Under the pieces are notes generated by a model that did no database searches, was not told where the DNA came from, and saw nothing but the letters and a program-made list of their open reading frames with translations. This document shows positions 35,796-43,990 of a stretch of 48,567 nt of DNA, one piece after another. Each line of letters opens with the position of its first letter. Within the stretch, counting starts at the first letter, position 1. A program made the position numbers and the translations under genes. The DNA is from a bacterium (GTDB taxonomy: Bacteria; Patescibacteriota; Minisyncoccia; Minisyncoccales; UBA10102): contig JAUYMI010000021.1 of assembly GCA_030698665.1 (NCBI GenBank), positions 1 to 48,567 on the forward strand, read 5' to 3'.

Positions 35796-36293
35796 ATGGC
35801 ATTTCTCCAAACACAAACGGTACAGACCATCATTCTTATCCTCAAAATCCTGTCGTTGACGAGCGCGCTCGGGATGCTCGCTTTCATCATCTTCATTATC
35901 CTGAGAACCCAGTGGATTCGTTTTCGCATACTCTTTGACCTTAATGAGTTCTTCACCTTCCGTCCGTATGGGGTAAGGCGCGTGACAAAGGCCTGGGAGA
36001 AGCTCCAGGGCCGCCTTGGTTCTGCCAATGAGTCTGAGTACAAGTTGGCGGTCATTGAGGCTGACCGCATGCTTGATCAGACCTTAGAGCGTCTCAATAT
36101 CCAGGGAGAGAATCTCAAAGAGCGTCTTGCTGCGACAACCGCCGTCGTGGTACCGAACATACAGGAGGTGACTGAGGCGACGCAGATTCGTAACAACATT
36201 GTCCATGACCCCGATTACCGCCTCTCGCTTGCTGAAGCGAGGAAGGCGCTCTCTGCGTACGAAGAGGCCTTCCGGCAGCTTGATTTGTTGTAG
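35796..36293 (+). CDS. Membrane-anchored hypothetical protein with HEPN-like Rx4H motif
   Basis: N-terminal TM helix; KLAVIEAD...GENLKERL...RNNIVH. Confidence 0.6.
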   Translation: MAFLQTQTVQTIILILKILSLTSALGMLAFIIFIILRTQWIRFRILFDLNEFFTFRPYGVRRVTKAWEKLQGRLGSANESEYKLAVIEADRMLDQTLERLNIQGENLKERLAATTAVVVPNIQEVTEATQIRNNIVHDPDYRLSLAEARKALSAYEEAFRQLDLL

Positions 36294-36308
36294 CAAGTTA
36301 GATATACT
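36280..36308 (+). promoter_or_regulatory. Promoter for tRNA-fMet
   Basis: TTGATT-17 bp-TATACT, 10 nt before the tRNA. Confidence 0.6.
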
Positions 36309-36318
36309 GCCTGGTGCG

Positions 36319-36389
36319 AGCGGGGTAGTGGAGTAGTACCATACGAGGCCCATAACCTTGAGACGCCGGTGCAATTCCGGCCCCCGCAA
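36319..36389 (+). tRNA. tRNA-Met(CAT), initiator type
   Basis: Cloverleaf: acceptor AGCGGGG/CCCCGCA with 1:72 mismatch; anticodon loop CC-CAT-AA; T-arm GCCGG-TGCAATT-CCGGC; CCA not encoded. Confidence 0.85.
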
Positions 36390-36409
36390 CAAGGTTTGCA
36401 CCTTAACAA

Positions 36410-36467
36410 TTGCATATGATTAGAACCCATGATATATTCAGTATATAGGATTTTACCTTGGGTTCGA
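36410..36467 (+). promoter_or_regulatory. Promoter with inverted-repeat candidate operator upstream of HTH-LAGLIDADG-like gene
   Basis: TTGCAT-17 bp-TATATT (TG extended); inverted repeat TAGAACCCA (36421-36429) / TGGGTTCGA (36459-36467). Confidence 0.5.
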
Positions 36468-36468
36468 T

Positions 36469-37140
36469 ATGGCAAAGTCAGTTGAAAAAAACGAGGCCTT
36501 ATTCTTACGAAAGAATGGAAAGAGCATTAAAGAAATTGCTCAAAAAGTTGGGGTTTCGAAGAGTAGTGTTAGTCTTTGGTGTCGTGATATTGTGTTAACG
36601 AAAAAACAAATCGGAAAACTTCAGGCGTCCATGAGAAGAGGGAGTTACATTGGAAGGATGAAGGGGGCACGGACACAGTATCAAAGACGCATACGATTAA
36701 CCGAAAACTTGGAAACTACAGGGAGGACAATGTTGGGTGGTGTATCGGAGCGGGATATGTTTATGATGGGTGTAGGTCTATATTGGGGTGAGGGAACGAA
36801 ATTCGGACGCCAGGTTTCCCTCGCTAATTCGAACCCAGCGATCATTAAGTTTTCTATTGGTTGGTTCAGAGAAGTATGGGGAGTCACAAATGACAGGTTT
36901 AAGTTTTATATATTCATAAACGAAATACATAAGAATAGGATCAATGAGGTCGAACAGTTTTGGAGAAAAGTTGTAGATGTTTCAAATCCGCATTTTGGGA
37001 AAACTATATTAATTAAAGCTAAGAACAAAAAGAAGTACGCAAACTTTTCCACTCACTTTGGGACACTGCAAGTCCGCGTTGCACGCCCAAATGAGATTCA
37101 CCAAAAGATTATGGGAATACTACATACCTTTGAAAAATGA
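36469..37140 (+). CDS. HTH plus single-motif LAGLIDADG-like protein (putative homing endonuclease or derived regulator)
   Basis: N-terminal HTH LRKNGKSIKEIAQKVGVSKSSVSLW; LAGLIDADG-like GVGLYWGEGTK followed by VSLANSNP; visibly AT-rich relative to flanks. Confidence 0.7.
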   Translation: MAKSVEKNEALFLRKNGKSIKEIAQKVGVSKSSVSLWCRDIVLTKKQIGKLQASMRRGSYIGRMKGARTQYQRRIRLTENLETTGRTMLGGVSERDMFMMGVGLYWGEGTKFGRQVSLANSNPAIIKFSIGWFREVWGVTNDRFKFYIFINEIHKNRINEVEQFWRKVVDVSNPHFGKTILIKAKNKKKYANFSTHFGTLQVRVARPNEIHQKIMGILHTFEK

Positions 37141-37147
37141 GTAGGAT

Positions 37148-37221
37148 GCCGGGGTAGTTCAGCTGGTCAGAACGCCGCACTCATAAGGCGGAAGTCGTGA
37201 GTTCGAGTCTCACCCCCGGCA
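37148..37221 (+). tRNA. tRNA-Met(CAT), probably elongator (Ile2 not excluded)
   Basis: GCCGGGG/CCCCGGC acceptor, loop CT-CAT-AA, GTGAG-TTCGAGT-CTCAC T-arm; no CCA. Confidence 0.88.
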
Positions 37222-37251
37222 CAAAACTGAATATCCCGTTTCCGCGGACTT

Positions 37252-37326
37252 GCGGGCGTAGCTCAGTTTGGTTAGAGCGCCACTCTGTCACAGTGGAGGT
37301 CGCCGGTTCAAGTCCGGTCGCCCGCG
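37252..37326 (+). tRNA. tRNA-Asp(GTC)
   Basis: GCGGGCG/CGCCCGC acceptor, CCACT-CT-GTC-AC-AGTGG, discriminator G; no CCA. Confidence 0.93.
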
Positions 37327-37338
37327 CAGATGAATCCC

Positions 37339-37367
37339 TTGATTTCCCCTTCCCTTTGAGGCATACT
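37339..37367 (+). promoter_or_regulatory. Promoter for pyrE-like gene
   Basis: TTGATT-17 bp-CATACT. Confidence 0.45.
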
Positions 37368-37411
37368 GGAGGCCAGTACGTCATGTTCGGTTGCACGGAA
37401 AAGGAGCTGGT

Positions 37412-38053
37412 ATGACGCTGACAGGACAGGAATTGAAGACGCTCGCGCAACTCCTTTTCTCAGTTGTAGAGTTTGGGGAGGAGGGGGAGTTTGAGCTGGC
37501 GGGCGGCTTTGGGACCACCTGCTACGTGGACCTGAGGGAGCCCGGCCAGGCAAAGGTGACCTCGGGCATGGGAGCTAAGCTTCTCTCGTGCCTGGTAGAG
37601 CACCTGGAAGCCCGCATCCCCAAAGACGTCCGGGACTGTGTCCTCGTGGGCGTTCCCAGGGCAGGCAACGTCTTTGTTCGGGAGCTGGCCAAGCTGACCG
37701 GGATGCCCTTTGCAATCCTTGAGAAGGAGAGCGATGAGGTCCTGGAGGGTTCCCTGAGGCCAGGAGACCGGGTGGTGGTCGTGGAAAACGTGGCAACCAC
37801 CGGGCGCTCGCTGTACCAATTCATCCTTCGCCTTCAACGGCTGGGTGTGAGTCCCGTGCTCGTTCTGGCCTGTGTAGATCGGGAGCAGGGGCAGACAGCT
37901 TCCCGTCTGCTTTCCGGGAATGGCGTGAGCGTTTCCTTCACGGCCATCGTTACGCTCCAGGAGCTTCTTGAAGAATGGGAGCGCGTGGGCAAGATTACGG
38001 CACAGCAGCGCCTGGATGCCGTACGGGTTTCACCGTTTCAATCTCGGGTTTGA
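37412..38053 (+). CDS. pyrE: Orotate phosphoribosyltransferase-like type I PRTase
   Basis: GEFELAGG...YVDLR, VVVVENVATTGRS PRPP loop, VDREQG; SD AAGGAG. Confidence 0.75.
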   Translation: MTLTGQELKTLAQLLFSVVEFGEEGEFELAGGFGTTCYVDLREPGQAKVTSGMGAKLLSCLVEHLEARIPKDVRDCVLVGVPRAGNVFVRELAKLTGMPFAILEKESDEVLEGSLRPGDRVVVVENVATTGRSLYQFILRLQRLGVSPVLVLACVDREQGQTASRLLSGNGVSVSFTAIVTLQELLEEWERVGKITAQQRLDAVRVSPFQSRV

Positions 38054-38074
38054 CCGGCCCGGGATTTTCTTTTT
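38040..38074 (+). terminator. Intrinsic terminator after pyrE-like gene
   Basis: AATCTCGGG...CCCGGGATT stem (G-U pairs) followed by TTCTTTTT. Confidence 0.5.
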
Positions 38075-38124
38075 GTGGATAATGCAGGGTTGAATCTTCC
38101 CATATTTTAGGGTAAAATAGGAAT

Positions 38125-39144
38125 ATGGCACCAGACGTTTCCGGCCTCAAAAAGCGGGCGGAAGAGGAACTGAAGGGAGTTGGAAACCTCAAGGATTTAG
38201 ACGAGGTATTCAGGAAGTATTTGGGCAGAAAGGGGGAGTTGACCCTTGTTTTGCGTTCCTTGGTTCAGCTTCCAGTCGAGCAACGTTCTCTCGTGAGCAA
38301 GGAGGCGAACGCCGCCCGCGACGAACTCCGGCAGCTCACAGAGGAGCTGCGGAAGGCCCTGGAGGGAAGCGTGAGGCAAGGCGGGCTGGATGTGACGGCT
38401 CCCGGGGTAAGGATTGTGAGGGGACATCTTCATCCTCTCACCAGGCTCCAGCGCGAGGTCAACGGAATCTTTAGCGGCATGGGATTCTCGGTTGTGGAGG
38501 GGCCCGAGATTGAAGACGAGTGGCATAATTTTGACGCCCTGAACATTCCGGCAAACCACCCCTCGCGCGACATGTGGGATACGTTTTGGATGAAAGAGAA
38601 ACTCACAAAGAACCGCCATCTCCTGCGGACGCACACTTCTCCCGTCCAGATCAGGTACATGGAGCACCATGAGCCCCCCTTGCGCGTTATCGTTCCAGGA
38701 CGCGTCTTTCGCTACGAGGCCACGGACGCGAGACACGGCTTTAACTTCTATCAGTTAGAGGGGCTGATGGTGGGCAAGCAGGTTTCCGTCGCGAACTTCA
38801 AGGGGGTAATCATGGAGTTTTACAAACGTCTCTTTCGCAGCGAGGTCAAGGTTCGCTTGCGTCCGAGCTATTTTCCTTTTACCGAACCCTCCTTTGAAGT
38901 GGATATGAGCTGTCTGTTGTGCGGGCAGAAGGGGTGCGGTAGCTGTGGCCAGAGCGGATGGCTGGAGATGATGGGGGCCGGCATGGTGCACCCAAAGGTC
39001 TTTGAAGCCGTGGGGTACAACCCGAAATTCTTACAGGGATTTGCTTTCGGCATGGGATTGGATCGTCTTGCCATGATGCGGTACAAGATCAACGACGCCC
39101 GGCTTTTATACTCAGGATCCCTGAAGTTCTTAGAACAGTTCTGA
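38125..39144 (+). CDS. pheS: Phenylalanine--tRNA ligase alpha subunit
   Basis: GHLHP, NFDALNIP..HP.R, LLRTHTSPVQ, YFPFTEPS, GFAFGMG.DR. Confidence 0.98.
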   Translation: MAPDVSGLKKRAEEELKGVGNLKDLDEVFRKYLGRKGELTLVLRSLVQLPVEQRSLVSKEANAARDELRQLTEELRKALEGSVRQGGLDVTAPGVRIVRGHLHPLTRLQREVNGIFSGMGFSVVEGPEIEDEWHNFDALNIPANHPSRDMWDTFWMKEKLTKNRHLLRTHTSPVQIRYMEHHEPPLRVIVPGRVFRYEATDARHGFNFYQLEGLMVGKQVSVANFKGVIMEFYKRLFRSEVKVRLRPSYFPFTEPSFEVDMSCLLCGQKGCGSCGQSGWLEMMGAGMVHPKVFEAVGYNPKFLQGFAFGMGLDRLAMMRYKINDARLLYSGSLKFLEQF

Positions 39145-39148
39145 CGCT

Positions 39149-41188
39149 ATGATATTCTCATACTCCTGGCTTCAAGAGTTGGTTTCCTCAAAGCTTCCTG
39201 TTCCATCAGAGCTTGCCGATGTGCTCAACGCCCATGCTTTTGAGGTGGAAGAAGTAGAGAAGAGGGGGGGTGAGTGGCTGCTCAATCTCTCGGTGCTTCC
39301 GAACAGGGCGGGGGAGTGCACGAATCATCTCGGCATGGCGCGGGAGATAGCGGCTATTCTCAAGAGTGGGCTCAAGATGCCCCCACTGCTTCCTATGCGG
39401 ACTCAGAAAGGGAGCCTAGCTCCTTTGGAGGTGAGCGTTAGGGATCTGGAGCTTGTGCCTCGCTATGCTGCCTTTGTTGTTGAGGGAGTGGAAGGTAAGG
39501 ACTCTCCTGCCTGGATGAAAAAACGCCTGGAGCTGGTGGGAGTCAACTCAATCAACGCGCTCGTGGACATTTCAAACTACGTTATGCTCGAGATGGGTCA
39601 GCCCCTCCATGTCTTTGACTATGATGAGATCCGTGGAGGAATCATGCGCTTAAAGAAGGTCCAGGAGGGTGAGGAGATTGCGACCCTGGAGGGCGGGATA
39701 CACAGGCTTCCTGCGGGCACTTTGGTGATTGAGGACGCAGAGCGCCTCATTGACTTGGCGGGCATTAAGGGAGGAGCTGTGAGCGGGGTTTCTCAAGGAA
39801 CCCGCAACGTGGTCTTTCAAGCAGCAACTTTTGAGAAGTTCTTCATGTACGCCTCCCGAAAGCGCATCGGGCTGGAGACTCCGGCCGCTGTGCTGTATGG
39901 GTATGGCATTGATCCGAATCTTGCGGATGAAGCCCTGGCGCGTACGGCCTCACTGCTGAGGGAACTCGGAGTCGGGGGGAAGATCGTTCAAAACATAGAT
40001 ATCTACCCCAAAAAAATCCGACCCCGAAAGATTGCTCTTGAACTTGAACGAGTCAACTCCCTGCTTGGCAAGAAGGTGCCTGAGGGAGAGGCCATGGGAA
40101 TCCTCAAACGCCTGGGTTTTTCTTGTACCAAGAAGGGGCCTGGGCGCTTTGCGGTTGAGGTGCCGACAAGGCGGCAAGACGTTCAGCTTCCAGAGGATCT
40201 CATTGAAGAGATAGGAAGGATCTCGGGGTATGAAAACATATTTCCTCAGCTTCCAACCGAGTACCTGATTCCTCCAGAGCCGAACGAGCGCCTTTTGCTT
40301 GAGGAGGACTCTAGGGACGTTCTCAGAGAGGCCGGCTTCACTGAAACCTATGGGTATTCGTTCATTGGCGAGAAGGATCTTTCGCTCTTTGCCTATACGA
40401 GCGAGGAAGCCGAAGGTTTGGCTGAGGTGGAAAACCCGATAAGTTCCGAGTATCGGTACCTCAGGGACTCACTTTTACCAAATCAGCTTCGCGCCCTCGC
40501 CCAGAACGTAGCACACGGGAGACAAGGTGTCCGGTTCTTTGAGGCTGGGACGTCTTTTGCCAGGATGGGCGAGAAGTTCTCAGAGCGCCGCTTGCTTGCC
40601 GGAGTCCTTCAAGGGGATGCTTTCTTTGAGGCCAAGGGTGTCGTTGATTTTCTACTGGAACGCCTGGGATCTGAGGAGGCCTGGTATGATACTTCAAATC
40701 AGGCACCTTCCTTCGGCCCCCAGGGTTTATGGGACAACGACAGATCAGCTGAGATCAAGATCGCAGGCAGGAGAATCGGATTTGTTGGAAGTCTCTCAGC
40801 TCAGATAGCTGCCAGACTGAAGATTCCAAGAGCTGCCATGTTTGAGCTGGACACGGAGATGCTTGGTGAGATCGCAAACACGGAGACAGAATACCACGAG
40901 CCCTCAAAGTTCCCCTCGGTGCTTCGCGACATTGCCGTGTTCGTGCCCCACGACGTGAAGGTTGCTGACGTTTTGAACGTGATGGAGCCAGCCGGAGGGG
41001 AATTGGTAGCTGACATAGATCTTTTTGACCTGTATGATGCAGAGGAGCTTGGAGAGGGGAGAAAGAGCATGGCCTTCCACATTACCTTTCAGTCGCAAGA
41101 AAGGACCTTGAAAGGCAGCGAGGTGGATCAGGCAGAATCGGCGATGAGGGAGGCATTGAAGGCAAACCCGGAGTGGGAAGTGAGATAA
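39149..41188 (+). CDS. pheT: Phenylalanine--tRNA ligase beta subunit (lacks B2 OB-fold domain)
   Basis: SYSWL, LPNRAG, INALVDISNYVMLEMGQPLHVFD, DLIEEIGR..GY, SKFPSV.RD. Confidence 0.96.
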   Translation: MIFSYSWLQELVSSKLPVPSELADVLNAHAFEVEEVEKRGGEWLLNLSVLPNRAGECTNHLGMAREIAAILKSGLKMPPLLPMRTQKGSLAPLEVSVRDLELVPRYAAFVVEGVEGKDSPAWMKKRLELVGVNSINALVDISNYVMLEMGQPLHVFDYDEIRGGIMRLKKVQEGEEIATLEGGIHRLPAGTLVIEDAERLIDLAGIKGGAVSGVSQGTRNVVFQAATFEKFFMYASRKRIGLETPAAVLYGYGIDPNLADEALARTASLLRELGVGGKIVQNIDIYPKKIRPRKIALELERVNSLLGKKVPEGEAMGILKRLGFSCTKKGPGRFAVEVPTRRQDVQLPEDLIEEIGRISGYENIFPQLPTEYLIPPEPNERLLLEEDSRDVLREAGFTETYGYSFIGEKDLSLFAYTSEEAEGLAEVENPISSEYRYLRDSLLPNQLRALAQNVAHGRQGVRFFEAGTSFARMGEKFSERRLLAGVLQGDAFFEAKGVVDFLLERLGSEEAWYDTSNQAPSFGPQGLWDNDRSAEIKIAGRRIGFVGSLSAQIAARLKIPRAAMFELDTEMLGEIANTETEYHEPSKFPSVLRDIAVFVPHDVKVADVLNVMEPAGGELVADIDLFDLYDAEELGEGRKSMAFHITFQSQERTLKGSEVDQAESAMREALKANPEWEVR

Positions 41189-41199
41189 TTCATACGCAT

Positions 41200-43197
41200 A
41201 TGCCAAAAAAGACAGAACAAGAAGGGTACGGAGCAAAGGATATTTACGTATTGGAGGGCTTGGATCCCGTGCGCAAGCGCCCCGGCATGTATATTGGCTC
41301 CACGGGGTCTGACGGGCTTCACCATCTCATCTGGGAGGTTGTGGACAACGGGCTGGATGAGGCGATGGCGGGGTACGCAAAGCATATTGTCGTGCGCCTT
41401 CTGCCAGAGGATGTCGTTGAGGTCTCAGATGACGGGAGAGGGATCCCGGTGGACACGCATCCCCAGACAAAAAAGTCCGCCCTGGAAACTGTGATGACAA
41501 CCCTTCACGCGGGCGCAAAGTTCGGAGGGAAGGCCTACCAGGTGTCGGGTGGCCTGCACGGCGTCGGAGTCTCCGTGGTGAACGCCCTTTCAACGCACCT
41601 GAAGGCCGAGGTGTGCCGTGACGGCGTGCTCTACGAACAGGAGTATGAGAGAGGCAAGCCAAAGAGCAAGCTCAAAAAGAATGGGAAGTGCGGAGAGACG
41701 GGGACCAAGATTACTTTCTCTCCTGATCATGAGATATTCAAAGAAACCACTTTTGACGTCAAGAGCATCCTGCATCACCTGCGCCAGCAGGCGTACCTTT
41801 CCGCCGGTGTCAGGATTATGGTCGTGGACGCCAGGGTTAGCCCTCATCGTTCCTACACCTTCTACTTTGAGGGCGGATTGGCTTCGTACGTGAAGCATTT
41901 GACTCGCGGAGTTCAGGCAAAACACGAGAACGTCTTTTTCGTTTCAGGCGAGAAAGACGACATGAAGGTTGAGGTCGCTTTCCGGTACACACAAGAATAT
42001 GAGGTGTATGAGGAAGGATTCGCAAACAACATCCATACGGGCGAAGGAGGCACGCATGTTACGGGGTTCCGGGCTGCTTTGACGAGAACGCTCAATGAGT
42101 ACGCCAAAAAGAATAACTTCCTCAAGGGAGAGGAAGCCCTGACGGGAGAGGATATCAGAGAAGGTCTCACCGCCGTGGTTTCAGTCAAGCTGAGAGACCC
42201 TCAATTTGAGGGGCAGACGAAGGCCAAGCTCGGGAATCCGGAGGCCAAGGCCGCGGTAGAGTCCGTAACCGCCTCAGCATTGGAGGACTACTTGGAGCGC
42301 AACGCGCATGACGCCCGGGCCATCATGGAAAAGTGTCTTCTTGCTTCAAAGGCGAGGAAGGCCGCAAAGGCCGCGCGGCAGACGGTTCTGCGCAAGGGGA
42401 TACTGGAAGGATTAGCCCTCCCAGGCAAGTTGGCTGACTGCGCCTCTCGGGATCCCGAGGATTCAGAACTTTACATTGTGGAGGGGGATTCGGCGGGAGG
42501 TACGGCAAAGCAGGGAAGAGACCGACGCTTTCAGGCGATCCTTCCCTTGAGGGGCAAGATCCTCAACGTGGAGCGTGCCCGCTTAGACAAGATTCTCACT
42601 TCAAATGAGATCAAGTCCCTGATCATTGCCATCGGAGCCGCTATCGCAGAGGACTTTGACATTGAGAAGGTCAGGTATCAGCGTATCATCATCATGACGG
42701 ACGCTGACGTGGACGGGGCCCACATTCGCGCACTTCTTCTCACGCTATTTTACCGATACTTTAAGCCCATTATCGAGAAGGGATATCTGTACATCGCCCA
42801 GCCTCCTCTGTATATGATTCAGGCTGGCAAGCGTGTTGAGTACGCTTACACGGAGGCCGACAAGGAAGAGATTCTCTCAAGTATCGCCAGAGAGAAGAAA
42901 GGGATTGTTCCAAAAACCGCAAAGAAAACCCGTGTGGTAAAGAAAGAAGAGGGAGAGGAGGGGTCGGTGGAGGTTGCCGGAGTCAAGCTTCAGAGGTACA
43001 AAGGATTGGGAGAGATGAATGCGGACCAGCTGTGGGAGACCACTATGAATCCAGCCAACAGAGTGCTTCTGAGAGTGGGTATTGAGGACGTCAAGGAGGC
43101 CGACAAAACGTTTGACGTGCTCATGGGGGACGAGGTTCAGCCGAGAAAGAAGTTTATCCAGGCGCACGCCAACCAGGTGAAGAATCTTGACATTTAG
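41200..43197 (+). CDS. gyrB: DNA gyrase subunit B
   Basis: VRKRPGMYIGST, EVVDN, SGGLHGVG, VEGDSAGG, PLRGKILN, QRYKGLGEM. Confidence 0.97.
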   Translation: MPKKTEQEGYGAKDIYVLEGLDPVRKRPGMYIGSTGSDGLHHLIWEVVDNGLDEAMAGYAKHIVVRLLPEDVVEVSDDGRGIPVDTHPQTKKSALETVMTTLHAGAKFGGKAYQVSGGLHGVGVSVVNALSTHLKAEVCRDGVLYEQEYERGKPKSKLKKNGKCGETGTKITFSPDHEIFKETTFDVKSILHHLRQQAYLSAGVRIMVVDARVSPHRSYTFYFEGGLASYVKHLTRGVQAKHENVFFVSGEKDDMKVEVAFRYTQEYEVYEEGFANNIHTGEGGTHVTGFRAALTRTLNEYAKKNNFLKGEEALTGEDIREGLTAVVSVKLRDPQFEGQTKAKLGNPEAKAAVESVTASALEDYLERNAHDARAIMEKCLLASKARKAAKAARQTVLRKGILEGLALPGKLADCASRDPEDSELYIVEGDSAGGTAKQGRDRRFQAILPLRGKILNVERARLDKILTSNEIKSLIIAIGAAIAEDFDIEKVRYQRIIIMTDADVDGAHIRALLLTLFYRYFKPIIEKGYLYIAQPPLYMIQAGKRVEYAYTEADKEEILSSIAREKKGIVPKTAKKTRVVKKEEGEEGSVEVAGVKLQRYKGLGEMNADQLWETTMNPANRVLLRVGIEDVKEADKTFDVLMGDEVQPRKKFIQAHANQVKNLDI

Positions 43198-43215
43198 CAT
43201 GCCTTTGCGTATGAT
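43187..43215 (+). promoter_or_regulatory. Promoter for secE-nusG-rplK
   Basis: TTGACA-17 bp-TATGAT overlapping the gyrB stop. Confidence 0.65.
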
Positions 43216-43247
43216 GGGACTGTAGCCCCGCGGGCTTTTTTAGATCC

Positions 43248-43430
43248 ATGGTCAACATCCTTGTTTTTCTCAAAGAGGTGCGGCTGGAGGCAAAACGGGT
43301 CAACTGGCCCCTGATGCCCGAGGTCGTGAGGAACACGGTGACGGTACTCGCCATCACCTTGTTTGCGGCCGCATTTCTGGGGCTCGTTGACTTTGTCTTC
43401 ACCCGAGTTTTGAACGTCTTTATCTTTTAA
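43248..43430 (+). CDS. secE: Preprotein translocase subunit SecE
   Basis: FLKEVRLEAKRVNWP plus one TM helix; precedes nusG. Confidence 0.93.
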   Translation: MVNILVFLKEVRLEAKRVNWPLMPEVVRNTVTVLAITLFAAAFLGLVDFVFTRVLNVFIF

Positions 43431-43437
43431 TATCCAT

Positions 43438-43983
43438 ATGGCAAAGCAGCAACTCTCTCAGGAACGCAACTGGTACGTCATTCATACCTACTCAGGGTAT
43501 GAGGACGCCGTTGCCCGAAACCTCAAGCAGCGCATTGAGTCTTTGGGCATGGAAGACAAGATCTTCAGTGTCTTGGTTCCCAAGGAAAAAAAGATTAAGA
43601 TAAAGAATGGCAAGCGCAAGGTTGTGGAAGAGAAGGTCTACCCAGGGTACGTGCTGGTGGAGATGATCGTGACGGACGACTCCTGGTATGTGGTGCGCAA
43701 CACTCCGAACGTGACGGGGTTTGTGGGATCGGGCACCACGCCCGTTCCCGTTTCCACAGAGGAGATTGACGTGTTAAAGCGCCGCATGGGAGCTGACACG
43801 CCGCAGTATGAAATTGAGGTTGAGGAGGGGGACGGCGTCAAGATTGTGGATGGCCCTTTCAAGGACTTTGACGGAAAGATTTCTGAGGTGGATAGGGAGC
43901 GGGGAAAGGTGAAGGTGCTTGTCTCTATGTTCGGAAGAGATACGCCCGTGGAACTGGATTCTTTGCAGATAAAGAAGCTGTAA
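43438..43983 (+). CDS. nusG: Transcription factor NusG
   Basis: WYVIHTYSGYE, PGYVLV, VRNTPNVTGF, KOW GPFKDF, MFGRDTPVEL. Confidence 0.98.
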   Translation: MAKQQLSQERNWYVIHTYSGYEDAVARNLKQRIESLGMEDKIFSVLVPKEKKIKIKNGKRKVVEEKVYPGYVLVEMIVTDDSWYVVRNTPNVTGFVGSGTTPVPVSTEEIDVLKRRMGADTPQYEIEVEEGDGVKIVDGPFKDFDGKISEVDRERGKVKVLVSMFGRDTPVELDSLQIKKL

Positions 43984-43990
43984 TATTACC

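Noticed and set aside
36390-37147. Group I intron or tRNA intron housing the endonuclease gene
   Set aside because: Both flanking tRNAs are uninterrupted cloverleaves, and the non-coding margins (79 and 7 nt) are too short for a ribozyme core
34089-43197. Missing gatB and gyrA as gene losses
   Set aside because: These partners are often encoded elsewhere; absence from one window is uninformative
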